From: Antedon mediterranea
Taxonomy: Eukaryota; Animalia; Echinodermata
Assembly (NCBI RefSeq): GCF_964355755.1
Contig: NC_092671.1
Location: forward strand, 11,842,001 to 11,906,000
Direction: 5' to 3'
DNA: 64,000 bases
Positions 38,769-52,565 of the stretch are shown piece by piece. The position numbers and the translations under genes were made by a program. Below the pieces are notes generated by a model that made no database searches, was not told the DNA's origin, and was given only the letters and a program-made list of their open reading frames with translations. Positions within the stretch are counted from its first letter, which is position 1; every line of letters begins with the position of its first letter.

Positions 38769-41700
38769 TATGGAACGCCTCCTCTGCCTTCAGTTCACAT
38801 TTGTCATGCAGTACACACCAATCGTCATGCAGTACACACCAATGGTCATGCAGTACACACCAATCGTCATGCAGTACACACCAAACATCATGCAGTACAC
38901 ACCAATCGTCATGCAGTACACACCAAACATCATGCAGTACACACCAATCGTCATGCAGTACACACCAATCGTCATGCAGTACACACCAGTGGTCATGCAG
39001 TACACACCAATGGTCATGCAGTACACACCAATCGTCATGCAGTACACACCAATCGTCATGCAGTACACACCAATCGTCATGCAGTCAAATATTGCGTAAT
39101 TTATACCGCCACCTATCGACAAAATCGAATATCACGTGACGTTTATTAGACGGCTGTAAAACTAGGCTATTCAAACATTATACTACAGCAACTCACGCTG
39201 TCTACTACTACACCGCACGTGCTTTATGACTAAAATGGCTGGAAAAACTATTAAATAAATCTTGGAATCTATAGGACGTAAAGCACGTGCGGTGTAGTAG
39301 TAGACAGCGTGAGTTGCTGTAGTATAAAGTTTGTATATAGCCTTAGTTTTACAGCCGTCTAATAAAAGTCACGTGATATTCAATTTTGTCGATAGGTGGC
39401 GGTATAAATTACGCAATATTGGACTGCATGGCGATTGGTGTGTACTGCATGACGATTGGTGTGTACTGCATGACGATTGGTGTGTACTGCATGACCATTG
39501 GTGTGTACTGCATGACGATTGGTGTGTACTGCATGACGTTTGGTGTGTACTGCATGATGATTGGTGTGTACTGCATGACGATTGGTGTGTACTGCATGAT
39601 GTTTGGTGTGTACTGCATGACCATTGGTGTGTACTGCATGACCATTGGTCACGGCTGTTTCATAGCGACATAAAGTAGTGAGCCCTCTATCGGTAAAAGT
39701 TAAATATTTTCGAAATTGAGGGCGCTATACAAACGCGGAAACGATTTGTTTTTATTTAGCGAAAATAATTACATCATATTTAATCAACGAATCAGAAGCC
39801 TTTGGTTGTTGAAATCGGTGAGATTTCTTATGAATATTCATTAGGAATGTCCTGGTTGTTGTGGGAATCGATTTTGAGACACGAAGCTTGAATACTTTGG
39901 TCGTGGTGAGTAGTTGAAATAATGAGATATTTTAATAGTTTTTTTGTTGCTTTTTGTTATGATTACGGCAAAAATTGCACCACGTGTCTGTTGAATTTTT
40001 TAAAGAACCAAAATAAACATTTTTGGGTACTTAAATAGTTGTTGAACCTCTAGAATTAAAATTGTTTTAACGGCAGATCTAGGCCCAGTTTACCACTCAT
40101 TCAAAGTTTCATGGCTAAACCCACGTGTTTTACGTAGGTGGGTGGGCTTTAAACACACTAGAGCCTATACTCAGAGGACTGTTGTATCTAGTTACTATGG
40201 CCAGGATCTGTTAATTAAATAAGTTCAGGCTTTTGGTGTTCAAGAAAAATAAAAGATTTCTATTTATAATAATATACAGGCCTAGAAGCGTACTTAACAA
40301 TAATTAATACATTTATTGAGCCTATATATGGTACGACACGAGGCCTATATAGGCACATACTATAGAGTAGCGCCATATATAGACATCGACTCAAGACTTG
40401 GCCTATTTATTTATGTCATGATTTATATAATCGACAGAGGCAAGGCAAAATCAATATTTTTTTTATTTTTGCATCACGCATGTTGACCCCTTGTATGCAT
40501 ATTTCAGCACCATCACTGCTTGCGAATTATTATTAAAAAAATATATATTTATTAGTTTCAATTGATTGCGTACAATTTTTTTTATAGGATGAAAACCTTT
40601 TTTCCTTGGACGTGTGACTTCACTTGACCTTTCACGAATGATTGCAAACTCAAAATGGAACTGTTTTATCAACTGGTGTTCATGCTTCCAATTACTAATC
40701 CATTCATAGAAGAAAGTTTCAATGAAGTCAATAGTGACTGAAAATAGACACGAGACCGGACATATTTCGACTTTAGTTCATCGAATTATGTAAATTTATC
40801 TAAGAAAAGATTTACGTTAAAATATAAATATTTTGAAGCTAATCTAGATTGTGATGGCATTTTATAATTATTGTTGTACTTGTAGGCCTATTGTTTTTTA
40901 GTTTTAACACAAAATATTAAATTATATTTTTATTAGACTAGAGTAAATATACTATATAAAGTGATAATATGCAATTTAAAATATACAATCAACTGGATAT
41001 TGAATCAATGTTTTTGTTATTTCCAAGTCTACATCTACTTAGTATCATGCCTATCAGCCTAGGCCCATTATCTATATACATATAGGGACATACATAGTAT
41101 AGGTATACTGATACTGTACTTGATGCCTAAACAATAAATTAATTCCTATTATAAATAGGTCTAGCCATACATTTCCTAAAAAATATGGCATGTTAACAAA
41201 TTGTAATAATAATGAAAATAAGTATAAGACCTACTTTTATGTTCAAAACACAATTTTTATATGTAGGCCTAATTAACAAAATGTAGGCCTACTTCACTAC
41301 TATTACTAGCCTAGGTAGGCTACTGTGACCGTGTAAGTCCACCCACCAAGCCTATCAGACCTACACAGTAGGCCTAAGAATCACAAATTGATTAAAATAG
41401 CCATTTTATATGCTTAATTTTAACATAGTTGCAGGTTTGCCGTTAAACTGGGATTTTGCAGGTTGATAACTAAATAGTTTAAGATTACTATTTTCTTAAC
41501 AAATCTCCGAAAAAAAATTCGACGGACAAACGAGAAGACGATAAATCTGACGAAATTTCTGCCGTAAATTGAGGGCGCTTTAAATATTAATTTCGTCGAT
41601 TGTTTTGTATTGCAAGGCCTTCAATAAAGTAGCGATATTTTTATCTACAAACACAAATTTCGTAATATGTTTATTATTTTATGTTCTTGAAAACTTAGTA

Positions 41701-42006
41701 AAATAAATAATATCAACAATATTAGACATTTTATTAATTATTTTAGAATTCTATGTATAAATATAAAAGCATTATTATGCATTAAGGAAGTAAACGAACT
41801 ATGCAGCGTTGCTAAGTATCGGCGGTGCATGGAAACAATGAAAAAGTGTTCGAGAACACGCGGCTAGCGAATAAAAGGAAAAGCGCGTTGTAAACACTTA
41901 ATGTCGCGCATTACGTGCGTTGAAACAGCCGTGTGGTGTGTACTGCATGACCATTGGTGTGTACTGCATGATAAATGTGAACTTAAGGCAGAGGAGGCGT
42001 TCCATA
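38769..42006. mobile_element. Foldback element of the same family, interrupted by a Chapaev-like insertion
   Basis: TATGGAAC...GTTCCATA termini; 6-bp TSD CCTATG (38763-38768, 42007-42012); empty site at about 1055. Confidence 0.9.
39650..41933. mobile_element. Non-autonomous Chapaev-like (CMC group) DNA transposon
   Basis: TIR CACGGCTGTTTCA...TGAAACAGCCGTG; 4-bp TSD TGGT; splits one 21-bp repeat unit. Confidence 0.8.
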
Positions 42007-42022
42007 CCTATGATCTAGTTCC

Positions 42023-42051
42023 CTATGATTCCGGTTTTTCTGCAGAGCTCT
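42023..42051 (-). CDS. Copy C putative last coding exon: ESSAEKPES*
   Basis: Acceptor atatgtgtag|; homologous to exon 6; in-frame TAG at 42023-42025. Confidence 0.4.
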
Positions 42052-42770
42052 CTACACATATAACTAATGTTAGGCTTTCTATCAATAGATACTAATGAAC
42101 TAATGTGCTATCTTAAACTTGAGGAAATACTTCTACCTAACTATATAAGAAACTAAGGATGAATTTTTATATGATTTTTTTGTTTGTTTTTTGCTCTCTT
42201 TTTTTTGCAGAATAAATTAGACCCAAAAAAGATCAGACAAACACTTTAATTGAAGTAGGAGTTAATGCAACAATGATAAAACCCCATTTTACCTTTTTTA
42301 TAAATCAAAGGATGCACAGACGAAGAATAATTAATGCGAATTAATTGTTTAACACATTTTTTTTCTGCTGTCGTAACAACCGAAATGGAAAAAAAATTGT
42401 TTAAAATTTTACGAGGTCATATTTTAACATATTACGGATATCAAGCAGGCGGTCCGAGTTCGAGTCTCGGTTGGGGCGACTTTTTCTCATTCTCACAGAT
42501 TTCCTCATCTTTATCGTTTCAAATTAATTAATTAAATTTCAGTATATCACCGGGCGGTTTCGAATTAATGTTCATTGCCTAATGTGTTTATATATATAAA
42601 AGTATCTCTTCGGAGATCCCGCCTCGTGAATAAAAATACTGAAAGATGAGGGCGTATCAATTTGATCTCTGTTGCGCGTGCGTACAACTGAGGACTAGTG
42701 CTGTTCCGCCGTACCACGCCGAGAATGTTAAAGAGTCGCTATGCAATCGAGTTTGAACAATACCATGAAA

Positions 42771-42842
42771 GCCCCAGTGGTCTAATGGTTAGGACATCTG
42801 CATATCAAGCAGGCGGTCCGAGTTCGAGTCTCGGTTGGGGCG
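42771..42842 (+). tRNA. tRNA-like sequence (Asp-like, anticodon ATC) inside a repeat; probably SINE-like or a pseudogene
   Basis: Full cloverleaf: GCCCCAG/TTGGGGC, D arm, TCTGC/GCAGG, CCGAG-TTCGAGT-CTCGG; partial second copy with the same tail at about 42438-42590. Confidence 0.6.
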
Positions 42843-42990
42843 ACTACTTCTCATTCTCACAGATTTCCTCATCTTTATCGTTTCAAAGTAATTAATTACA
42901 TTTCAGTATATCACCGGGCGGTTTCGAATTAATGTTCATTGCCTAATGTGTTTATATATATATATCCAAATTATCCAAATTCCTTCACTT

Positions 42991-43027
42991 GCACTGATGA
43001 AGGGCTAGTGTTGCCCAAAAGCTCTGC
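42991..43027 (+). ncRNA. Minimal type I hammerhead ribozyme with a mutated core, in a PLE-like repeat (about 42966-43156)
   Basis: GCA-CTGATGA-AGGGC(tagtgtt)GCCC-AAAA-GC-TC-TGC; GAAA box reads AAAA; flanked by (TA)n. Confidence 0.7.
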
Positions 43028-43201
43028 TAACTTTTCTGGCTGTTTACTTTATCGTTTTTATTTAGCTTTTCGCTTTTTATTTTTGTATCTCCATTGAGAT
43101 CCAGCCACTAATACCCACAGCATTGTCATTTTTTTCAGTAATTTGCCTTTGGATTTATATATATATAGTTCACATAAAACAGATTATGAAAAATCCTTTA
43201 C

Positions 43202-43249
43202 CAGAACCAACACCACCACCACCACCACCACCATATAAAACGCTACCAC
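43202..43249 (-). CDS. Copy C poly-Gly exon (48 nt): GGSVLYGGGGGGGVGS
   Basis: Same acceptor and flanking introns as 1774-1803; donor TCTG|GTAAAG; phase 1-1. Confidence 0.6.
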
Positions 43250-44366
43250 CTAAAAGACAAACAAAACTGTAAATGAACTAAATTCAATAACACCTAACAA
43301 TCAGTTCACAATTATTTAAGTACACATTTACCAGCGAAAAAGAAAGACTATAAGTCACTAGGCCTAATATAATATTTATAAGTCTCTAATTTTATATATT
43401 TTTTGTATAGGCCTATGTGCTTTTGCTTATTTTGAATTCCTTAGCCGAACAAGGCAAAAACGGGCTGTGCGCGCCTGGTGCGGATCACCTGAAAATATCC
43501 CTGTGTAGGTGAATCGCCTGTTTCAATGAGGTAGAGTGATTTAAATATGTAACTGATTTGATTTATGCCCGTCTCGTATTTGCTAAATCTTAAATAAAAA
43601 AAGACATTCGCTATATACTGAAAAATGTTGGTGACCTGCATAATCATGTCGTGATTTGAGAATAAGTTTGGTGACAATATAGGCATAGATATAGTAGGGC
43701 CTACTGTACATTTTAATTTGTTATGTACAGTAACGTAATATGTTTCACTCAGTTACGAATGGTTCATAGCGGTCACCTTTATCTTCATTATTATTTAATA
43801 TTTTTATAATTGATATAGAGGATTTATTACATTCTGCTGAAAATTAAAAAAATATAAAAAATTGACAACATAAAATATTAATCACTTATTTTATCAGTGA
43901 TACGGTGTATGCATTACAGGATAAATAAATTAGACCGTATCCAGATAAGTCGGCCCCGCGTCACGTCGGCCACGCGTCAGCTCGGCCTCAAGTCAACTCG
44001 CGAATAGATTTCATAGAATTATATGGTTCTCACATTTTAGTATTATTTTAGACTGTTTAATTATTATAATAACGCATTGAATCGACATTTTTAACATTTT
44101 GTTTGACTAATTTTAAGAAACTGTGTATTATATATGTAAGTTGTAATGTTTTATGCTGGACCTTTTGAAAAACAACAATGTTCCCTTGGCGGGACAACGT
44201 TGATATTGTTATCCAGTGGAAATATGTTAATAAATAAATAAATAAATAAAATATAACACATCAAATTCATTAGCAAAGGATTCATAAATGTTAACCATCT
44301 TTTGTATAAGGCATCTAATGAGGGTAAAAGAAACACCATATCATCGGCATAACTATAGGGTTGTTT

Positions 44367-47300
44367 GTTTGTTTTTTATTGATTCTCCACACAAAATGAA
44401 TATGATAATTAAGTAATAAACATATATATATATACAAGAAAGATGTGTGGCTGGTGGGCAAATAAGTTCAAAGAACTTTAAGGCTTACCCACCAGAAAAG
44501 ATACAATAAACATTATCAAGTATGACGAGTAAGATATACATAGTAAGAATATAAAATAAGAAGTAAAAATACATAAGTAAAATAAACAATTTAAAAAGTA
44601 AATAAATAAGAAAAACAGAGTATAAGTTATTAAAATGAATCATAAGTGTTTTAAACTTTAGCATTTGCACAAGTAATAATAAGTTAATAATAATAATAAA
44701 TACGTAGTATTTAAGTATAAATTATTTATTATATTCAGAGACTAAAAGCTTTTTGTAGTTGTATTTAAAACTAGAGACTGTACATTTTCTTTTTAACTCT
44801 TGTGAGATAACTCTCCAGAGCTTAGGTCCAACATAAAAAACAGAGTGACGACGGGGCTTATAAAACGACTTATCAGGAATAAAATTATTTATCAAACTTC
44901 TAGTGTTATGTGTATGATCATCAGCAGTTTTTGAAAATAGAGAACTTATATGAAAAGGCAAGATATTTTTAGATAAGCGGAACATATATAGAGCTATCTG
45001 AAGCTTATTCAAATCATAAATGTTTAGAACGTTAAGCTTATAAAAAAGTAATTTCGAATGTGATCTATAAGATTGCCCTGCACAAATACGTAAAGCACGT
45101 TTTTGTAATTTGAACAAGCAGTCAATATGGGTAGTCTCATTACTAAGCCATGGGCACAATGTATCGAACTTATCTAAGGTAACGGCCCAACTTAAATTAA
45201 TATATGAAAGATAAGGTAAAACTAAGACATTGTATAATGTGAGTAGGATTTGTTGAGGGAGTAGATGTTTAAGTTTGTTAATTATACCTATGTTTCTAGC
45301 GATCAAGCTACTGGTTGTATTAATATGTTGCTTCCATGTCAAATTTGAGTCAATAGTGACACAAAGGAACTTGATTTCATGAACATGGTTAATTAGCATT
45401 TTATCAATGTATATATTTTTATCTGTTTTTGTTTTGGCTTTAGGTTTTGAAAAAATAATGTAATTGGTTTTGGATATGTTAAGAATTAATTTGTTGCATT
45501 TTAACCAGTTTGATATGTTACAAAGTTCATTGTTCATGATATTAAATAAAGTGTTAAGATTAGAATGTGAATAAAATATGTTAGTATCGTCGGCAAAAAG
45601 AATAAATTTGAGTATTCTAGAGCTGGAGGGTATGTCGTTAACAAAAATAGAAAATAAAAGTGGGCCTAAGATTGAGCCTTGGGGAACTCCACAAGTAATA
45701 AGTGAGTAACTAGAAATAAAGGAATTGACAGAGGTAAATTGGTAACGATTAGATAGATAACTTGTAATGAGTTGAAGAGGAAGGCCTCTGATTCCATAAT
45801 GTCTAAGTTTATATAGAAGGATATCATGGTTAATGGTGTCAAATGCCTTTGACAAGTCAAGGAAAAGTCCAATAGTAAATGTATCATTACTTAGGGCTTT
45901 AGTTATATTATCATAAATGTCTAATAAAGCAAGATCCGTTGAGAAGTTTTTCCTAAATCCATACTGATGTTCAAATAATATATTGTGCTTGTTAAAAAAA
46001 GGACGAGAATCTAATATTAAGCGCTCAAGAATTTTGGAAAAGACAGGAAGTAAGGAAATTGGTCTATAGTTACTAAAATGATGAACATCATCTTTTTTAT
46101 AAATTGGAACAACCTTAGCAATTTTTAGTAAATCAGGGAAAATACCAGTTTGTAAACAACTATTAAAAATATGGGTAAGTGGTTTGCATATGGAGTAAGA
46201 AATATATTTGATAATTTTGTTTGAAAAACCATCGAAACCAGGGCATTTTTTATTTTGGAGTCCATAAATCATATTGATTACTTCATTTTCAGTAACCGGG
46301 GTTAAAAAAAGAGAATTGTTCAATGGTTGTGAAAGAGAGGTAGTAAAATCAGTATTATTATTGATAGTTGATGTTTTAATATTGTTGACAAGTTTAGGAC
46401 CTATGTTAATAAAGTAGTCATTAAATTTAGAGGTAATTTGTTGAGGATCTAAAATTTTAGAATTGTTATGTAAAAAATACGAGGGCAGAGGTTTTCTAAA
46501 ATTTTTTCCCAGTACATTATTGATTGTTTGCCAAGTTTTTTGAATATCGTGTTTATAAAGATTAAATTTATCAGAAAAAATTTTTTTTTTGTTATACGAA
46601 GTAAATTGGTAATTTTGTTCCTATGTTGAGTATACTTATCTCTGTCCTTTTGTTTACCAGATTTAAGGTATTTTTTATATAATTTGTTTCTGGTATCGAT
46701 GGATTTTATTAGCCCATGGGTTATCCATGGCTTTGTAGTTTCTTTGAGGAGGTTACGTTTACGTCGAACAGTTTTAATACTATCATTGTAGAGAGTGCTA
46801 AATCTATCATGAAAACTGTTATAAGCGTGGTTGGGATCATTGTCTAAGTTATATATATAAGACCAATCTTCATCTAATAAACTGTTGTTTAGTGATGAAA
46901 TAGAATTATTCGTCTCACATTTCAAATAAATGTATTTGGGCGTAGTGTTTAAAGTTGGAGAAGATGATATGGACTTTTGAATTAAAGAAAAAACTGGGAA
47001 ATGGTCAGATATATCAGAATAAAATATGCCGGTACAAATATTGTCTGATATATTATTGGTAAAGATATTATCAATTAGAGTTGCGGTTGATCTAGTTACC
47101 CTAGTGGGTCTTGTCGTTAATGGAAAGAAGTTGGATTGAAATAGGGAGTTAGTAAAATCTAAAGTAGTTTTATGCGTATTTGAGTTTAATAGATTAATGT
47201 TAAAGTCACCTGAAAGGTATCCAGTTTTGTTCTCATTAATGATAATTTCAATTAAGTTAGAAATGTTATTATTAAATGAATTTATGGATAGTTCAGGAGG

Positions 47301-48145
47301 ACGATATTTAACCCCTAGAATAATATTTTTTGGGTGCGCGTTTATTTCTATAAAAATGTATTCTGAATCATTGATAAGTAAATTAGATAGATCGGTGCGT
47401 AAGGTGTATTGAAGTTGTTGATGCAAATATATAGCAACACCACATCCTGTCCTATTAGTTCTAGAAGAATGCAAGAGGTTATAATGAGGAATTTTATAAA
47501 GGGAAAAGGGTGTGATATTTGTGTTAAAGAATGTTTCACTAAAGCATAATGCTGAAAATTGATGATTGATTGCACTAAGGTAATCGGTAATTTCATTAAA
47601 GTTTTTTACTAGACTACGTGCATTTAGATGAAATAAACTAAATGAATAAATGTTGTTAGTGTGCTTACTATTAAAACTGTCAATTATCAATACTATTAAT
47701 ATCTGTTACATAGTTGTCATTTCCACTATTAGTGTTCTTGAAATTGATATCAAAAGGATTAAAGATAAGGGAGGATAATTTATCAAAATCAGCTTTATGA
47801 TCGAGAAAAAAATATCTTAAGGTATGTGAAAACTCATTGTCGTCAATAATATGATTAAATGGAAATACAAAATTGATAGATGGACACTCCATTGTTAAGG
47901 TTTCGAGTATTTAAAAATTAATAAAGGCATGGTATGTGTCGTATCGAGTAAATAATATTTTTTTGGACGTCTGGGGTTTTTAGTATGCGTATAAGGTGTT
48001 ACATTACACAACATTAAACAGTACAACAAAAGTATCAATAAACAATGTACTATAGGCCTATAATATATAATAAATAACAGTATTAAATAAGGATGTAGAT
48101 TTTCCTTTCTTTTAGATATAGGAAATACAATGTTTATTGCGTGAG
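44367..48145 (-). mobile_element. CR1/L2-group LINE: APE endonuclease (46449-47690) and RT (44722-46323), frameshifted
   Basis: HLNARSL, SET, YRPP, GDFN, TLIDNIF, SDHFP; NYRPISLL, GVPQGSILGP, LFADD; AATAAA plus (AAAC)n tail; TSD AGGGTTGTTT (44357-44366, 48146-48155); empty site near 7016. Confidence 0.92.
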
Positions 48146-48969
48146 AGGGTTGTTTTACTTTTTTTATTATTATTGTGATCACATCCAAAATTTGGATCGA
48201 ATTTATTATAATAGATGATGATTGACAGTTAAAATTGGAAAAAGTAAAATAATATTGTTTAAAAATGGAAAATTTTGAAATATGAAAAATGTAATTAGCC
48301 TACTTAGGTAAAGAAATTGAAATAGTAAAATCTCTTAATATCTTGTAGTCACTTTCGATTGTTCAGGAAATTGGAAAAAAATGTTACTACTACTAAACTA
48401 TTACTGTTCATTATTAAAAAATGTAAACATATTGAAATAGTTTTTAATTTTCCCCACTAATAAATTTGAATACACAACAACAGCACACAAATATAAGTGT
48501 ACAGTACAGTTTACCTGAGCAAACATATTCGAAGAAGGTGTTTCATCATATTTCCTCATTTTTAGTCGCGTGCAACGCGACTCTACTGCTCACTATGTCG
48601 GTCCTGTTGGTCGATCGGTCGGTCGGTAAACACTAACTTGTATATGGCCTTGTATTGATATCAGTTTCATCTAGCTAAGTCAATTTTTCAGAGTATATTC
48701 CTTATGGCCAGGACTCGATGTGGTTATGTTTTTCACGGTGCGCAATCAAAAATTACAAGGTCTACGCACAATTTAACGAAATCACGTTTGTAATCATATC
48801 TTCACAAGCATGAATCACAATTAAATAACATTTGATGCTCATAAATTTCAGGTCATATTTCATCATATGGCAATACAATTACGTGCGTAGCGGATACAAA
48901 GCATGCGTACGCGCGCCTAAAATTTTCAAAATTGTCAAAGTTATTTTCGATGAAATTGGAGTACGTTTC

Positions 48970-51659
48970 AGATACTCGGCGCCGAATGGTTTGCATTCGT
49001 TGGCCACTCAATTGCAGTGCTCGAGCTGTTCCCTATCATACTCGCCCTAGGTGCCGAAACTAGCAGACAAGAACATTTTATTTCGTTCGGACAACCAAGC
49101 GGTTTGCACGGTAATTAATAAGAAAACCGCTAAGGATCCGATCCTCCTAATACTATTGCGCCGGATGGTCCTTCGCTGCCTGAACTACAATATTATGTTG
49201 AAGGCGCAACGCATACCTGGGTCTTCTATCAAGATTGCAGGTGGAAAAAGGCAAAGTCCTTATACCCATTCCTAGCTTCACGCCCCACTGAAGTCCAGCA
49301 AGGGCTGCTTCAGTTGTAACTAAATAGAACTTTTTATCTCAAAATAACAGCGTTTTTCCTCTTTTGCAGTTTCTCCTTCTACAACTCTCAATTCAAATAC
49401 AAATATTAAAGTGAGAATTAGGAGGTTCAGCTGGGGCAGCTTCTTAATAATTTTCAACTTTTAACCCAAATCTGGCACGGGATCGTATACTCCAATCCCT
49501 GGTTCTGGGGTTCCTCTTGTTTGTCTGGGCGGTAACCCATCGAGATGGGTTTTTTGGCGCGGTTACCCAGACTTAAGGGGATCAAAACGACATGCTGGGG
49601 TTATAGGAATATAATATATAGGATTATTACGATTAATTAATTGTACTAGATGGTACGCTCACTTCGCTCGCGTACCATCTAGGTCGTGTCCACAGATGGT
49701 TCTCGAATACACAGTAATTTCAGCGTAAAAAAACTGGCGATTTCAAAACGTACCGCAGGATTATAAATACATTGTCGTTTTCAGAAACGAATAAATAGAC
49801 ACGATAATTAATGTAGTCAACTAAAATTAAACTTGTCTTAAAAATAAGTCCAATTTTTTTATTTGAACTCATTTAAACAAACCCAATTTGTATTTTGTAT
49901 AGAGTTGAGGGATGGGGAAGAGGATGGGAAGAGCAATTTTTAAATATATTCTTTATCCACTGAGTAACGAAATATTGTTTTGAATGTTTTATAGGCCTAT
50001 CAATAATATACCACTAAACACAGTAAAACATTTACGATTTCATACGTTTTTAAAACTGTCACTGTTATAGTCGATTGAAATAGTAAAGTACATGTAACGA
50101 TACACCACTACGACGTTTATATTTTTTATAATTATTGATTAATACAAACGTTGAGAAGGAACTGTCAGTAATAAAGTTTTTATTTGTATATTATGTGTTT
50201 ATTATATCCAGCAGTAGTATCCTACCCACAGTCACAGTAATAAATGTTCTTTGTATATGTGTTTATATATCTAACAGTAACCACATTCACAGTAAGAAAA
50301 TTTCGATTCAAATGGCGACCAAAAATGGTTAATGCGTATTTACAATATTGTCAAAATATTGCAATACTATTATTATCTCAGTTTTAAGTTTATTCTCCAA
50401 GGGCCTATACATTTACCTACTTGTGTTAAACCAAGGGCTCATACATTTACCTACAAACTGGGAGTCTGAGAGATTGGAATGTTCCATTCATCGCCAAGCA
50501 ACCCTTTTGTATAAACATATATTAAATCTATCAAAATAGTATTTCTTAAAGAAAATCGGCCTGTCTTCAACATTATGATGCTGTACTGGAGCTGTTCAAC
50601 CGGTTTTCAGCTATTAAAAACAGTTGTCGTAGGAAGAGATAGGAAATTGCGAAGCATCCTCGTATTATTGTGTGCGGGTATTTTTCAAGATGGACATTCA
50701 TTATACAGTGTATACAGCGATCGGAAAACACCCTATTTGGGGCAAATCGTTGAACCTAAATTCGTTTTAATTGTCAATAACTAATTACCTAACTCAAATT
50801 AATTAGTAAATAGGTTTACACCAGGTGGTTAAAATCAGTACCGAAAGTACGAACCAACTTTATATACCATCAAGTAAAAATTCTAGAAATAACGCGCGAT
50901 TTTCCGAATTTTGCCCTTACGTAAATTTATATATAGATTACAATAAATGTATGCCATGTTCCGTACTTGTATCAATACTATAATTGTAGACATAGTAAAT
51001 CATTCTTGCATAAGTTTTAGCAAAACATTTATCCATTTAATACAGAGGTGTGTGCCTCTGGCCCTTATAGGTTTTAATACGAATGTATGTAGGCCTACTT
51101 TATATGAATTTATGTAGATTTCAAATACTCTAGTTATATAGTGTAGTACGAATTTTAGGTGATTATAACAGTCTTAGATAAACTTATGTAATTAGGATAT
51201 GAACTACGGTATATGATTATATATACTGTGCCTTTAATTGGTGATAATTACGATGTACGGCCGGCCGTGTCTATATTTTATTGTGTAATAGCACGGCCGA
51301 TACGTTTACTTATAGCATAAGTTTATCATCGTCATTTAATTTAATAAATGACATTTCCATCCAATATTTCATGTACTCGCCAGTCGGGACACAAAGAGGG
51401 AATATCACTAATAAGAGAGGATGGCAAGAAGCAATTATAATTAGAAAAACTGCAAAAACATGAACAGATATCAAGGAGGAAAGTGGCTGCCACACATATA
51501 CGATGATCTATTAGAAGTGAGACGGCCGACCGGGGCGGACCTCTCTGGGACTACTCACCCAGAGGTTTTCAAGTAACAACATATAGAGGGTGCGTGTCAC
51601 AAAAACATCACGTGACTATGCCATGATCAGTGTCGGCAAACCAAGTTGACATCACAACC
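48970..51659 (+). repeat. Segmental duplication of 35692-38398 (RNase H end, Helitron, putative 3' UTR)
   Basis: Near-identical 2.7 kb; ORFs 37313/50575 identical, 38020/51281 nearly so. Confidence 0.95.
49646..50937 (-). mobile_element. Helitron, duplicate of 36385-37675
   Basis: Near-identical including flanks. Confidence 0.85.
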
Positions 51660-52565
51660 TATGGAACGCCTCCTCTGCCTTCAGTTCACATTTGTTATGC
51701 AGTACACACCAATCGTCATGCAGTACACACCAATCGTCATGCAGTACACACCAATCGTCATGCAGTACACACCAAACATCATGCACTACACACCAATTGT
51801 CATGCAGTGCACACCAATCGTCATGCAGTACACACCAATGGTCATGCAGTACACACCAATGGTCATGCAGTACACACCAATCGTCATGCAGTACACACCA
51901 ATCGTCATGCAGTACACACCAATCGTCATGAAGTCAAATATGTCTACTACTACACCGCACGTGCTTTATGACTAAAATGGCTGGAAAAACTATTAAATAA
52001 ATCTTGGAATCTATAGGACGTAAAGCACGTGCGGTGTAGTAGTAGACAGCGTGAGTTGCTGTAGTATAAAGTTTGTATATAGCCTTAGTTTTACAGCCGT
52101 CTAATAAAAGTCACGTGATATTCGATTTTGTCGATAGGTGGCGGTATAAATTACGCAATATTGGACTGCATGACGATTGGTGTGTACTGCATGACGATTG
52201 GTGTGTACTGCATGACGATTGGTGTGTACTGCATGACGATTGGTGTGTACTGCATGACCATTGGTGTGTACTGCATGACGATTGGTGTGTACTGCATGAC
52301 AATTGGTGTGTACTGCATGATGTTTGGTGTGTACTGCATGACGATTGGTGTGTACTGCATGACGATTGGTGTGTACTGCATGACGATTGGTGTGTACTGC
52401 ATGACGATTGGTGTGTACTGCATGACCATTGGTGTGTACTGCATGACCATTGGTGTGTACTGCATGACCATTGGTGTGTACTGCATGACCATTGGTGTGT
52501 ACTGCATGACCATTGGTGTGTACTGCATGATAAATGTGAACTGAAGGCAGAGGAGGCGTTCCATA
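51660..52565. mobile_element. Foldback element, duplicate of 2473-4404 without the nested copy; flanks do not match
   Basis: Same termini and same left-arm deletion as 2473-4404; right flank TGTGCG, left flank ACAACC. Confidence 0.9.

Noticed and set aside
42771-42842. Functional tRNA-Asp gene
   Set aside because: Atypical ATC anticodon and purine at loop position 32, no immediate T-run terminator, and it is embedded in a repeated unit
15543-47690. Reverse transcriptases as a retron, DGR or other prokaryotic RT system
   Set aside because: Motifs, tails and TSDs match ordinary eukaryotic LINE, DIRS/Ngaro and Penelope elements, all disrupted
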